Shown piece after piece: positions 52,647-64,000 of a DNA stretch of 64,000 nucleotides; position 1 is the first letter of the stretch; each line of letters starts with the position of its first letter. The stretch lies in the NCBI GenBank assembly GCA_003971905.1, contig RSEE01000060.1, forward strand, positions 186,001 through 250,000, written 5' to 3'. The DNA is from Moniliella sp. 'wahieum'. Taxonomy: Eukaryota. The translations under genes and the position numbers were made by a program. The notes beneath the pieces were generated by a model. That model had not been told where the DNA came from and ran no database searches. It saw nothing but the letters and a program-made list of their open reading frames with translations.

Positions 52647-54864
52647 ATGAACCCCAACGCTCAGTCCTTCAACTTCAACCCCAACGCCGGCAGCTTTGTC
52701 CCGCCCGGCGCGGCGCCCCCCCGCGGCCAGGCAGGCCAGCCGGGCCAGGCGCCCCAGCAGGTCCCGTCCTTCTACCAGCCCTACGGCGCTCCCTATGGCG
52801 CCTACCCGGCCCCTGTGCCCGGCCAGCCGCAGCCGCAGCAGCAGCAGCACCAGCAGCAGGCCTACTACAACTACGGCTTTGCCCAGCCCGGTGCGCCCGC
52901 GGGCTTGCCCGCCAAGCCGCGTGCCCCCACCTCTGCGGGCAAGGACCGTGCTCCCGTCAGCTTGAGCCTCGGCGGCAAGAAGGAGGACCGCAAGCCGGTC
53001 ACCCTCAGCCTTGGATCCAAGGAGGACCGCAAGCCCGTCTCCCTCAGCTTGGGCGCCAAGGAGGCCCGTCAGCCCGTCACGCTCAGCCTCGGCACCAAGA
53101 CTGCCGACAAGAAGCCCGCCGTGCTCAGCTTGGGCGCAATCAAAAGGAGGAGGCTGCCAAGAAGGCGGCCGTGTCGGACCCCAAGGGACCCGTCTCGTCC
53201 CTCAAGGCCGAGGAAGGTGTGGTTGCAGGTGCCAGCGCGGAACAGACTGGCGCCGAGCCCGAGTCCACTTCTTCCCCTGCCCCTGTTTCTGCCTCTGCCC
53301 CTGCCTCTACCCCCGCGGCTGCTGCTGCTGCTGCCCCGGCCACTGCCGCCACGCCCACCCACCCGTCCCTCCTCCCCAAACCGAGCTCGCCCAAGCCCAA
53401 GGCATCCGGGACGAAAGCAGCAGGCCAAGGTCGACCGTAAGATTGCCGCCAACGATGCGGACAAGATCTTGGCCGAGACGAAGAAAATGACGGACGAGGA
53501 GACGCTGCGAGACTTGTTCGGCAGTCAGGTGGACACGATGAAGTCGCATTTGAACGTGGTGTTTATTGGCCATGTGGATGCAGGCAAGTCGACAATGGGC
53601 GGGCAACTGCTCTACTTGACGGGCATGGTGGACAAGCGTACGCTCGAAAAGTACGAGCGGGACGCCAAGAGGCCGGGCGTGAGTCGTGGTACCTCTCCTG
53701 GGCGTTGGACTCGACGCCGCAAGAACGTGAGAAGGGTAAGACGGTGGAAGGGGCCGCGCGTACTTTGAGACGGGCAAGCGGCGCTACACCATTCTCGATG
53801 CCGGGTCACAAGTCTTATGTGCCGAGTATGATTTCCGGTGCGGCCCAGGCCGATGTCGCCATCCTTGTCATCTCGGCCCGTCGTGGCGAGTTTGAAACCG
53901 GCTTTGAACGCGGTGGGCAGACGCGCGAGCATGCTATGCTGGTCAAGACAGCCGGTGTGCAACGGTTGATTGTCGTGGTCAACAAGATGGACGATCCTAC
54001 GGTCCAATGGTCCGAGGAACGCTTCAACGAGATCACCGCTAAACTCCGTCCTTTCCTCCGCGGTGCTGGCTTTGCCGGGAACGACGTGACGTTCATTCCC
54101 GTCTCGGCGTTCTCCGGACAGAACCTCAAGACCAAGGTGCCGGCTTCGGTCGCGCCTTGGGTCAAGGGTGAAGCCCTGCTGACGTACCTCGACAATCTCG
54201 AGCTAGGCGACCGCAAGATTGGCGAACCGATCAAGATGCCCATCAGTGAAAAGTACAATGACATGGGCACAGTGATTGTGGGCAAGCTCGAGGCTGGCCG
54301 GGTCAAGGTTGGGGACAAGTTGATGCTCATGCCCAACAAGACGCACGTTGAGGTTTCGGGCATTGCGAACGAGCAGGAAGAGGAGGTGCCGGCGGCTGTG
54401 TCGGGGGACAATGTACGCATCAAGATCAAGGGCATTGATGCGGATAATGTATCGGTAGGCTATGTCTTGACCGACCCCAAGGCGCCAGTGCACGTCGTTC
54501 GTCGCTTTGAAGCTCAATTGGCTATCTTGGAAACCAAGAACATCATTACCGCTGGCTACAGTGCCGTGATGCACGTGCACACCTTGTCGGAAGAAGTCAC
54601 CCTGACCGCACTGCTGCATACTACAATAAAGCCAATGGCAAAAAGTCCAAGAAACCGCCTTCGCACGCCAAAAAGGGAATGAAGGTCGTTGCGCTCCTCG
54701 AGGCTTCGGAACCCATCTCGATTGAAAGGTACAAGGATTACCCGCAACTCGGCCGTTTCACCCTCCGTGACGAGGGCCGCACCGTTGCCATTGGTAAGGT
54801 CACCAAGCTGCGTGCCGATACCGACGCCGACGACCTCAACATCGCTGCGCTCAGTACCAACTAA
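52647..54864 (+). CDS. SUP35: Translation release factor eRF3 GTPase
   Basis: PAM2-like [19 protein letters not shown] and a Q/P/Y-rich N-domain, then [46 protein letters not shown] and [19 protein letters not shown]. Confidence 0.97.
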
Positions 54865-56298
54865 AGAGTGGAGCTTACAATTTGGAGCGTGGAGCTTCGC
54901 ATGTGGAGCTTTGAGCTTGGACCTTGGACTTGTCACTCGGTCCTCTTGTAAAATACGCAGCTGGGGTCAGTCTGTGCTGTTCCTACAGCAGCAGCGGGCG
55001 GACCTGATCCCCCCACCTTCTTCCCCTCTGCGGCTATCTTCCCTCGAAATCTTTTCTCCCTCTCATCTCCCCCTTTGGCGGTCTCTATTGGTAGAATACA
55101 CCATTTGTAGTATGATGGGTATGCGCCTCAGGCCTCATCGGATTCTAGTGTGCTGGATAGTCAGTGGGCTGGTCTGCATTCCGCGCTCTCGCCTCCAGAT
55201 GGTACAGCTATAATCATCCTGGCCTTAAGGTGCTGTGGGTTAGGGGGATAGGAGGTTGCCGCTTCTGGTTTCGTTCGCAGGGGGGTTGACAGTTCACACC
55301 CCCGACTAAAATCAATGAACTGACTGTGTATGTCGTCGGTGCTTCGTGCCGGAGCATTGTTCTTGCTACTGCCAGCAGCGTTGAAACGGGTAGGCTGATT
55401 GTAGAGTAGGGTCCCATGTAGGCGATCTGTGGAGCACATTCACAGGCAAGAACACATCCGCAGCCCGTCCGGTGTGCCCCCCCCCCCCCTCATATGATGG
55501 TCTGGCAGAGCACTGTGCACGAGAGGGACTCATGAAGGCACTGGGTGTGGACAGAGGGACGGGGGCAAGTGGGGTCCGCGGTTCCCCGGACACTAGCGAC
55601 CGAGCGAATGGCCTGCCAAACAAATCGAATCGCCTTACTTCCGTCCCCAACGACAAGCCCGCGCGTGAGGGAGAAACAAAATGGTGTTCCTGTATAAGTC
55701 AACTCAGAGAGGGGACATCCGTGAGCAACTACCGCGTCTGGGAGAACAACAGATAAAATCATTGACCCATGCCGGCTCCTTCCTCTCCCCCATCAGGACA
55801 AGAGCTGCGACCGAAGAGGAGCCAAGGGCATCCAATCCCAATCTACATTCTGTATTCATTGCATTTGCAGAACGTAGTAACAGAGGGACACGGAAACGAT
55901 GCACCTAGTATAGCCATGTGGGGTTCGCTCCTCTGTGGTGTGTGCTAGTACTAATATACTTGCGAGTTTGAACAAGGGCATGGCAGTGGCGGGTGATATG
56001 CCATCACACATCACATGATGACATGCATGACATCAGCACGAGGCCACCGGGTGTATTTGAAAGTTGGAATGATGATGATCAGCGTCCGCCATCGGTGGCG
56101 CCTCGGAGAAAAATCGCAGTCGCACTAACAGGTAGCGGATAACGAGCGGATAAAAAAATTGCACGCGACGAAGCACTCTCTGAGCTTGCCTAGGTTGGCG
56201 AAGCAAATCTTATGACCATTCGCGCCGTTCATTTCTCCTTTCCAACCCCGCCACCAACATCATCTTTTTCGGCAGCTTCCGCGCTCACGCCTGGCGAC

Positions 56299-57621
56299 AT
56301 GACTGACTTGGTCGACATCAGTGCGTCTCAACTGCTCTGGCCGTGAATGGGGCGCGCCGCTTGATTTCTTTCTTGGCTGACCCTTCCTGTGTCGCCCCCG
56401 CCCAGCGCAGCCGAGGTACGACCAATCGACACCGGCCGTCTCTGGCACTTTGTCAGCGTCACATCGCCTCTCACCCTCTTCTCTTCTCGCTCCTCCCTTG
56501 TCGCCGCTGAGGAGACGGTGCACAAGTACGATGGCGAGGTCTCAAGGCCAAGTCGGCCCACTCCCCGCTCTTGGTGCCTCGGTCCCAGGCACAGGAGTAC
56601 TGGCATGCCCAGCAACTCGTTCAGAGTTCAACCCATCTTGACACGTAAGTTTCCTTTCTCTTTCTCTTCCCGTGCTACGCCACCGGCGGGAGAGCTGACG
56701 AGCTGCTGCTGACGCATGGCCGCATGTGCAGAGGCGAAGTGATCCCGCTGCCGTTCCGCATGAGCGCGTTTGTGCCCACCAACTTGGTGATCGTAGTGGG
56801 GATGCTCATGCCGGGCCAATCGTTGGGACGGACCGTGTTTTGGCAGTGGGCTAACCAGTCGCTCAACACTTGTGTCAACTGTACGTACCCCCCTCTTCTC
56901 GACTTGACCCGGCCACCACGCCCCGGGGGTGTCTTGCTCTTAACCTCTTGTGCGTTCCTCTAACTCTGGGATTCTTACTCTGGTTCCAGATGCGAATGCC
57001 AACAAGGCTGGCGACGGACTGAACATGAGGCAGCTGTTGGGCGCGTATGGCGCTGCGACAACCGCCGCGGTGGGGATTAGTGTGGGCTTAAGTCTGGCAC
57101 TCAAGGATGGAAGCCGGTTGCACCGGGCCTTGTCGCCGACTGGGCGGACAGTCGCGGCGCGCCTCATCCCCTTTTTGGCAGTGGGAACGGCATCCAGTGT
57201 GAACGTGGCCGCATCGCGGTATGGCGAGGTGGTACAGGGGATCCCTGTCTACCGCACCACGACCAACGACCAAGGTGATGTGCAACAAGTCCAAGTAGGC
57301 ACCTCGGTCGCAGCCGGCCAAAGGGCCGTCGGCGCGACCGCACTGTCGCGTATGATTATGAATTTCCCCATCTTGGCTGTTCCACCTGCTTTGCTCTCGG
57401 CCCTGGTACGGCTCCGGCTCGTGCCCGCCGCTGGCCGTGGCGCACGGCTGGCCGAGGTCGGAGTGGTGGGGCTGTCACTGGGCTTGTTCTTGCCCCCGGC
57501 CATTGCGATCTTCCCTCAGCGCGCGTCGGTGCCGGCGGCGCATCTGGAAGCGCGCTTCCATGACCTGACGGACGAGGCGGGCGAGCCGGTGACTACCCTG
57601 TACTACAACAAGGGGCTGTAA
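56299..57621 (+). CDS. FSF1: Sideroflexin (Fsf1/SFXN) mitochondrial carrier
   Basis: [68 protein letters not shown]. Introns about 56321-56410, 56645-56731 and 56881-56989. Confidence 0.93.
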
Positions 57622-58228
57622 TCCGTTCCTCGCAGGTCGGCAAAAGGCGCTGGAGGTCTGGAGCTTCAATGGCGTCAGGCGCTTAATTGTTGCTTGATGG
57701 ATGCCCACCAAAACACGTACTTTGCACTTTGCTCCTGTGTCTTCGACTGAGCCATAGTTTTCCTTGGGTGGCCACGTTTCCCTGCCCCTCGGGGCGTGCG
57801 GCTGTGCGTTTGCTCGCCAGGTAGTGGGGTATCGTGAGTACTGAGTGCGAACCAAGGGCAGCGGCAAGTGGCCGTCACGCGTCGCGCGCCACACCGCCAT
57901 GCGGCGTGTGTGTCCCTTGCATGTGCGCTGCGATCACCGATCGACATCGGCGCTGGCCGGACTCGAGCGGCGACCGCCCACAAAGTCCGCGTTCAATGTT
58001 CAAATCCACGGTGAGCCGCCGCCCGCCGCTCGCTTACGGTCGCGCGGCGGCGCACACTGGCGCTGTGCCGTCACCGATCGTCGGTGCTCCCCGGCGCGCC
58101 CCCCGCACCAGCGCGCAGCGCGGCCGGGCGCACTGCCCGTGGTTAGCTAAGCCACATCACGCATCCCCCCGGCAGGATCTGCGTTGTGTTGGTTGCCTGC
58201 CCGGCTGGATGCCCCTCCACCATCTCCA

Positions 58229-61200
58229 ATGGGCGACGAGCGGGCGTCGTCGCTGGCGTTGCCGCTGCTGCCGCTGCCCTCGCCCTCGCCTCCGCCGCCC
58301 CCGCATCTGCGCCGCCGCTCTCGGTCGGGCGCTATGTCCCCGCCGCCCTCCTCGCCCGCCCGCCTCCGCCGCGACGCCCCGCCGCCCTCTGCTGCCCCTG
58401 CCCCGCCTCCCGGCCGCCGCGCGAGCGCCTCCCGCCTCGGCGCCCTCGAAACCCTAGACGAGGTCTCCCACGCCAACGCCCTCCATCTTCAGGCCGCTGG
58501 ACAGCAACGACCCGGTGTCGATGCCAATGTCGACGCCGACGCGGACGCTGATTTCGATGGCGATGCCGCCGCGGCCCTTCCCCCGACCCAGCGCCCTTGC
58601 TGCCGCTCGCGCCGACGGGTACACCCTCGTCGCCACCGACCTCACCACATCACGCTGGCACGAGCGCTGGGATCGCATGTGTCTGGAAGCCCCTCCCGCC
58701 GATCCCACCCCCCACGCCCACACCCCCTCCTGCCCCGCTTCTCGATCTCGACACCACTTCGGCCCTCATCCGTAGCTCGTCGCGCCCCAGCCTTGCTGCT
58801 CCGGCCGCGTCGAGCGTTGCCGGCGCGGCTGCCTACGCTGCGGCCACCGTTCGTGAGGCAGAACAATGGCGTGCCGCACCGGCCTTCAACCGTTCCGAGG
58901 TGACCCTGTCTACCGCCGAGGCGGCGCCGGGTGTGCTCACCCTCCTCAGTTCCTGGCTCGAACTCGACTCAGTCGAAGAAGGCGTTCGCCTCGATGCCGA
59001 GCTCGCACTGGTGCAAGAAGTTATCGCGGCCCATGTCAACCTCGCCGCCGTTGTGCTCCCTGCACCTTCGAGTGAACCAGAGCGTCGCCGCTTTCTGCCG
59101 CACTATGCACGTGCTATTGCCGCTTGTCGCGGCGCCTCCCGTTGCCGGCTCGTCGCCACCGGCCGGCAACTGGATGTCCCTCATTGTGCGTCTGCCCATC
59201 ACCAGTCCCCACGAAGCCGCGCGCCTTCAAGCCCGCCGGCGTGCAAGCCCCCATGATTGGGGCCGTGCCTCCCGCTTCTTCCCATGGGCAAGCTTGGCGC
59301 CGCCCAAGTCCGAATCGAAGACGACTGGGCCTGGGACACCTGGGCCACAATTCAAGATATTTGCAACCACAATCCTCGCGTCAAACTCATGCTGGATCTT
59401 GGTCACCCGCTGCCTCAACAACCTTCGGTCCTGCACCGCTGGAAAGCCGAGCCGGTCGCTGCCATCTGGATCCCAGCCACTCCTTCCTGCCTAATCCCAA
59501 GGGGTACCCCGTCCTGAGCAAGGCATGTCAGACCTTGGTCAAGGGCTTGCTTCACAAAAAGCCCCAAATTCTCCTTGTTGACACGGAGGCACAACCCCCG
59601 CATCACCCCCATGGCGGCAGCGGCGCCTATCTCCAGTACCTCAAACACTTGGCCCGCACCGCCGCGCCTCCGTCGGCGCTCGATGTGTTTGCCCAAGGCT
59701 ATGCAGACAAGCTCCAGGCCCCACTGCAGCCTCTTCTGGACAATCTCGAGTCGACCACCTACGCTGTCTTTGAGAAGGACGCGACCAAGTACCAGCTTTA
59801 TGAAGATGCTGTCGCTCTTGCTCTCGCTGACCTTGCAGCTGCGGGCGCAGCGCCACGCGGCGTACACATTTGGGTGTGGGGCTGGGCGGGGACCGCTGGT
59901 GAGCCACTGTCTTGCGGCTGCAACACGCACCAGGACACACGTCCACATCACTGCCGTCGAGAAAAACGCCAGTGCAATGGTGGTGCTGCAGGAGCGGCAG
60001 CACCGCGAGTGGGGGCCGACAGGGTAACTCTCCGGTACGGCGACATGCGTGCTCTCACGCCGCCACCCGACGAAGAAAAGGCCGACATTGTGGTTTCTGA
60101 GCTGCTGGGCTCGTTTGGGGACAATGAGTTGAGCCCCGAGTGCCTCGATGGCGCGATGCGGTTCTTACGACGTGAGTAGTTGACGCCTGGAGCTGTCAGA
60201 GTGAAGGTGTGTGCCGTGCTAACGAATTTGACCTGTTTTTCTTTTTTTGGATCTTTTTGCGTACCCAGCGGATGGAATCTCGATTCCCTCGACATATTGC
60301 AGTTACCTGACGCCACTGACGTCGTCCACTCTGTATGCGGAGGCGACGGCCATGAGGGCGGTTCCGCCCATCTCGGATGAGCAGAGGCGCAAGGCGGTCG
60401 AAACTCCCTATGTGGTCTTGATCCGCGATGCCGTCTATCCTGCTGGGCGAGGCGGGCGCGGGGGCTGGGCCGCAGTCCAGACCGCTTGGTCTTTCCACCA
60501 CGGCCCGATCGATATGACGTCGCCCGTCTGTGATGGCGGGTTTGCCCTTGACCAATGCGCACAATGTCCGGACCACTGCGCTCACTTTCCACATCCCTCA
60601 GTCGGCTGTCGTTCACGGACTGGCTGGGTACTTTGAAGCGTCGCTCTATGGTGACATTGTTCTCTCCATCCACCCTGACCCTGGAAAAGGGTCACCCAAG
60701 ATGGTGTCCTGGTTCCCCTTTTTCCTTCCGTTTGATGCCCCGCTCTATCTCCCGCCCGGGGCCGAGCTGGATGTGCATCTGTGGCGCATGTCGGCTTCAC
60801 GGAGGGTATGGTACGAGTGGTACGCCGAATCCTTCTTGCCTCTTCCCGTTCAATTTGGTGGGCCGAGCGTCGCCGCTATGGCCGGCGCACCGTCAGACCC
60901 GTATCCAACAGGCTACGTCTCGCCCTCCTTGGCCGACGGGGCTCAACCAGCCGCGGGAGGAGAATCCATGGCGGGCACCTTCCAAAACGCACCGGCTACC
61001 CGTCGTTGCTCGCGGCGCCTCATCTGGATGGGACGATGAACATGAACATGAACAACATGAACATGAACATGAACATGACCCCGTCTCGGCTGGCATGATG
61101 TCGCACTCGAGCCAAGGGGGTAACAACCCTCGTTTGAGCGCGGGCAGTACCGCCAGCGCCATCTCTGCTGCTCATACCAGCCCCCCCGTCCCTTCTGCCG

Positions 61201-61286
61201 CCCTGCTTGGACCCATCACGCGCGTCAAGACCAACATGACCGCCTTGATGAACCCGGGTGGACGTAGCTCGTGGATCAGCTTGTGA
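58229..61286 (+). CDS. PRMT5: Protein arginine N-methyltransferase 5 (Skb1/Hsl7)
   Basis: FLPNPKGYPVLSK, LQAPLQPLLDNLESTTYAVFEKDATKY, GAGRGPLV, AVEKN, KADIVVSELLGSFGDNELSPECLDG, HGLAGYFEA, MVSWFPFF, NPGGRSSWISL*. Intron 60172-60268. Start uncertain. Confidence 0.95.
61036..61078. repeat. (ATGAAC)n repeat in the PRMT5 C-terminal insertion
   Basis: Read directly; (Met-Asn)n or (His-Glu)n depending on the true frame. Confidence 0.85.
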
Positions 61287-61899
61287 ACTTGCCCACGACC
61301 GACGCCGTCCCCACTACCACCATCCTCACTGCCGCCACCATCACCTCATCAGTCATCACGAGTGTCCACACGCTTCCGCTCGATCTAAACCCCAGATCCC
61401 AGCACAGATGCTCCAGCTACCATCCTAGACGGCTCTATCCGTCCCGCCGATCAAAGGTGGCGGCGTAGCGTGGTGCGGTGCGGTGGGGTATGGCGTGGTG
61501 GGCGACTGCAACGTACATTGAGAGAGGAGACCTTGATTATACATCCAATCCTATTTGATGATGCCCGTCGAGCGATGCTGCGTTAGCGGGCAGCCGGAGT
61601 GGGGAAGGAGGGGCAGCAGAGGAACGAGCAGGAGCTTCCGCCTTTGGTGTAGTGTTTATCGGGCGACCATGCGACTGAGATGAATCGATGATGCGCCGAG
61701 CTCTCTAGTCCTTACTGGCCGTGCCAGAGCGATGGGGTTAGCCTTCCCCTCCCGTCCTCACGCGACGCGGTGCCGCATTAGGGTTACGCGTTACGAGGAA
61801 TGCTCCGCGGCTCATTTGCACCCACACAGCCCTCCCCCTGCATCACGTAAGCCGCGCCTGGGCACGGCCAAAAACAGCTGATTATCGGGACACTCCGCC

Positions 61900-62962
61900 A
61901 TGCTGCCCAGCACGACGCCCAGCACCATGCTGAGCACCACGCGGAGCACGATGCCCATGCGTACCCTGCTCACTGGCATGCGCCCCCAACTCCTGGGCCT
62001 GGCCTCCCACTCGTGCCGCACGGCCTCTGGCCTGCGCGCCATCCACGTCTCCGCCCGCCTCAGCGGTCCAGGCGACGCTAGCTCCGCCGCTCCGCCGCCG
62101 CTCTACCCTGGCCACGTACGCCTCTCAGGACTGCAGCGTGCCTTCCTGGCCTTCGGGGCCGCCGGAACCGCATTCCTCAACCCAGCGCGCGGGGATATGG
62201 TCGCTGTTCTTTCGGAGGCGTCCGGTCCTTCCTTCCTGCCCCGCCTGCGCGACCAGATGATCTCCACCGCCGAGGGACGGCGCTTGCTGCTCGAAAAGCC
62301 AACGATCAATACCCACACAGTCGACATGGCGTACCTCAAGTCTCTTCCCGACGGATCATTTGGTCGAGTCTACGTCGACTGGCTCAATTGGTGCAACGTT
62401 TCCCCCGACACACGCAAGCCTGTACGTTTCTTCTTGTTACTCTTTCTCTTCTCTTCTCTTCGTTTCTGTTCTCTCTCCTCTGCTAACGCGAACACCACAT
62501 AGGTGCGGTACATTGATGACCTGGAACTGCGCTACGTGCTGCAGCGGTACCGCGAGTGCCATGACTTTTACCATGTTCTCTGTGGCATGCCTGTCTCCCA
62601 GGGGTGAGACGGTGACCAAGTGGTTTGAGGCAGCGCACATGCACCTCCCTATGGCCGCTCTTGCGTCGATTGCGGGGCCAACTCGGCTGCGGGGCACAGA
62701 CCTAGTCATCTTTCCGCAACTGGCACGATGGGCTGTCCAGATGGGTCAACAGGCTAAACCTTTGATCGCTGTCCGATGGGAGTCCCGCTGGGAACAACCG
62801 TTCGACCAGGTCCGCAGGGAACTCAACATGACTCCACCCCGGTCCAGTTGGAGTACACCCCTCGTCGCGGACCGCGCAAGCTTCCCTTCTCCACGCGCAT
62901 TGTTGAGGCGCGCGACAGAGGGCTATGGCCGCGCCCCTTGTGAGTCTGGGCCTACGCAGTAG
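61900..62962 (+). CDS. COQ4: Ubiquinone biosynthesis protein Coq4
   Basis: Mitochondrial-type presequence, [62 protein letters not shown]. Intron 62422-62502. End approximate. Confidence 0.94.
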
Positions 62963-63167
62963 ATGGGATGGGTAGGACACTTGGGTGCCATATCGCACTC
63001 TACCGTCCTGCCCCAGCAAAACGTCAAGGGTGGTCTGTGCAATGCAGGCAATGAAAGGATGCTCCCCGGGCGTCCCAAAAAAAGACGCATTCTCTTCGTC
63101 ACTATCATACATGCGCACCCCCCACTCCAGCTCTGTAACATGTAAGCCCTACTGCAGTATTTTGTAG

Positions 63168-64000
63168 TTGGCTACGATCGAGATCCACACAAGGGCCCAC
63201 GATTCTCTTGTGGAATCGCTCTGTCTCTCGCACCAATTCTCAGCGAAAAAAGTTAAAGAAGGATCTGGCCTGCCCATTGGCCCCCAAGGCGGTTCTAATT
63301 CACTGAGCTTATCTTCGACCTCTCCATCCGTCCAAGGACATAGACTGATGCTCGCGTCTCGAAGAATTTAACTTTGACATGGGACAACTCCTGGCTCCAT
63401 CGGTCGAGAAAAGAGTTTGTCCAAGTTCTGTTGACGGTGTTCTTGAACCCGATCTGGTCCAGCATGCATCGTCGCATTTTCGAGTTGGCGGTACGTTGTG
63501 TGCACATACCGCGGATATGACCTTAAGATTGAAGCTTGACGTCTGTTGCTTGCAGTCAGAGATATTGACTTTGGGTCATTTCAGCCCGTGGTTTTGGATG
63601 CATCGAGCCAGGAGGACTGGGTGCGCCAGGCTTCGTCATGGACAGCAAAGGTTTGGGGGGGGGTATAGGGACTAACACGCAAGCTGTCGTACCCATGGTG
63701 TCTCATCGGAAAGTCGTGAACCTCCTTCTGGCTGCAGCAATTTATGAGGAAATGTTCGGGGGCATGCACAGCCAGACTCACCTCCACCAGGGGCAGGGAA
63801 TCAGGATCCCGGGACAACCAGGTTGAGATCGGCGAGGATGTTGATGAGCTGCCACTGAGAGGAAGACCTCACTGGCACAACGAGCCACGCATCCGGAAAG
63901 GGCACCCAAGAGACGAAAACAATGACGCGTGGGCGGAGATCCAAACGTTGATTGACGATGAACCCCGCCCGTGTCATGGAGAAGTGCCGTGCAGAGAGCA
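63168..64000 (+). other. Possible fragmentary coding sequence running off the window end
   Basis: Successive short + ORFs and an open frame to 64000 (..VEIGEDVDELPLRGRPHWHNEPRIRKG..). No family recognised. Confidence 0.2.

Noticed and set aside
54900..56200. Gene or transposon between SUP35 and FSF1
   Set aside because: Only short ORFs with no transposase, RT or terminal repeats.
1014..62962. Calling the frameshifted genes pseudogenes or programmed-frameshift genes
   Set aside because: Essential genes are all affected, motifs are intact and indels sit mostly in base runs; sequencing error is simpler.
1..64000. tRNA, rRNA or snRNA genes
   Set aside because: No convincing cloverleaf, A/B-box pair or rRNA/snRNA signature seen by eye; a covariance-model search could still find small RNAs.

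Overview
GC-rich, gene-dense fungal nuclear DNA with few, short GT-AG introns. The gene content (MP88-like mannoprotein, HEATR6, XDH) and architecture suggest a basidiomycete yeast or smut-like fungus; that is inference only. About 17 recognisable protein genes are present: NIPA Mg transporter (partial), SF3B1, xanthine dehydrogenase, HEATR6-like, Mep/Amt, proteasome beta5, sphingoid base kinase, dual-specificity phosphatase, RPN1, MP88-like GPI protein, PEX11, eIF3f, SPF30, eRF3/SUP35, sideroflexin, PRMT5 and COQ4, plus several hypothetical genes. Almost all are broken by small, mostly 1-nt deletions, typically in base runs. Because essential genes are hit, this is most likely unpolished long-read error, so many coordinates are approximate. 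I found no tRNA, rRNA or CRISPR. Two observations stand out. (1) Intergenic and promoter DNA repeatedly carries 7-bp-period arrays of the form T-N-A plus a palindromic tetramer, where the tetramer changes between units but stays palindromic. (2) A stand-alone Ty1/copia-type gag gene with a CHHC zinc knuckle, no pol and no visible LTRs sits between XDH and HEATR6, and is a candidate domesticated gag. Novelty of either cannot be established without searches.
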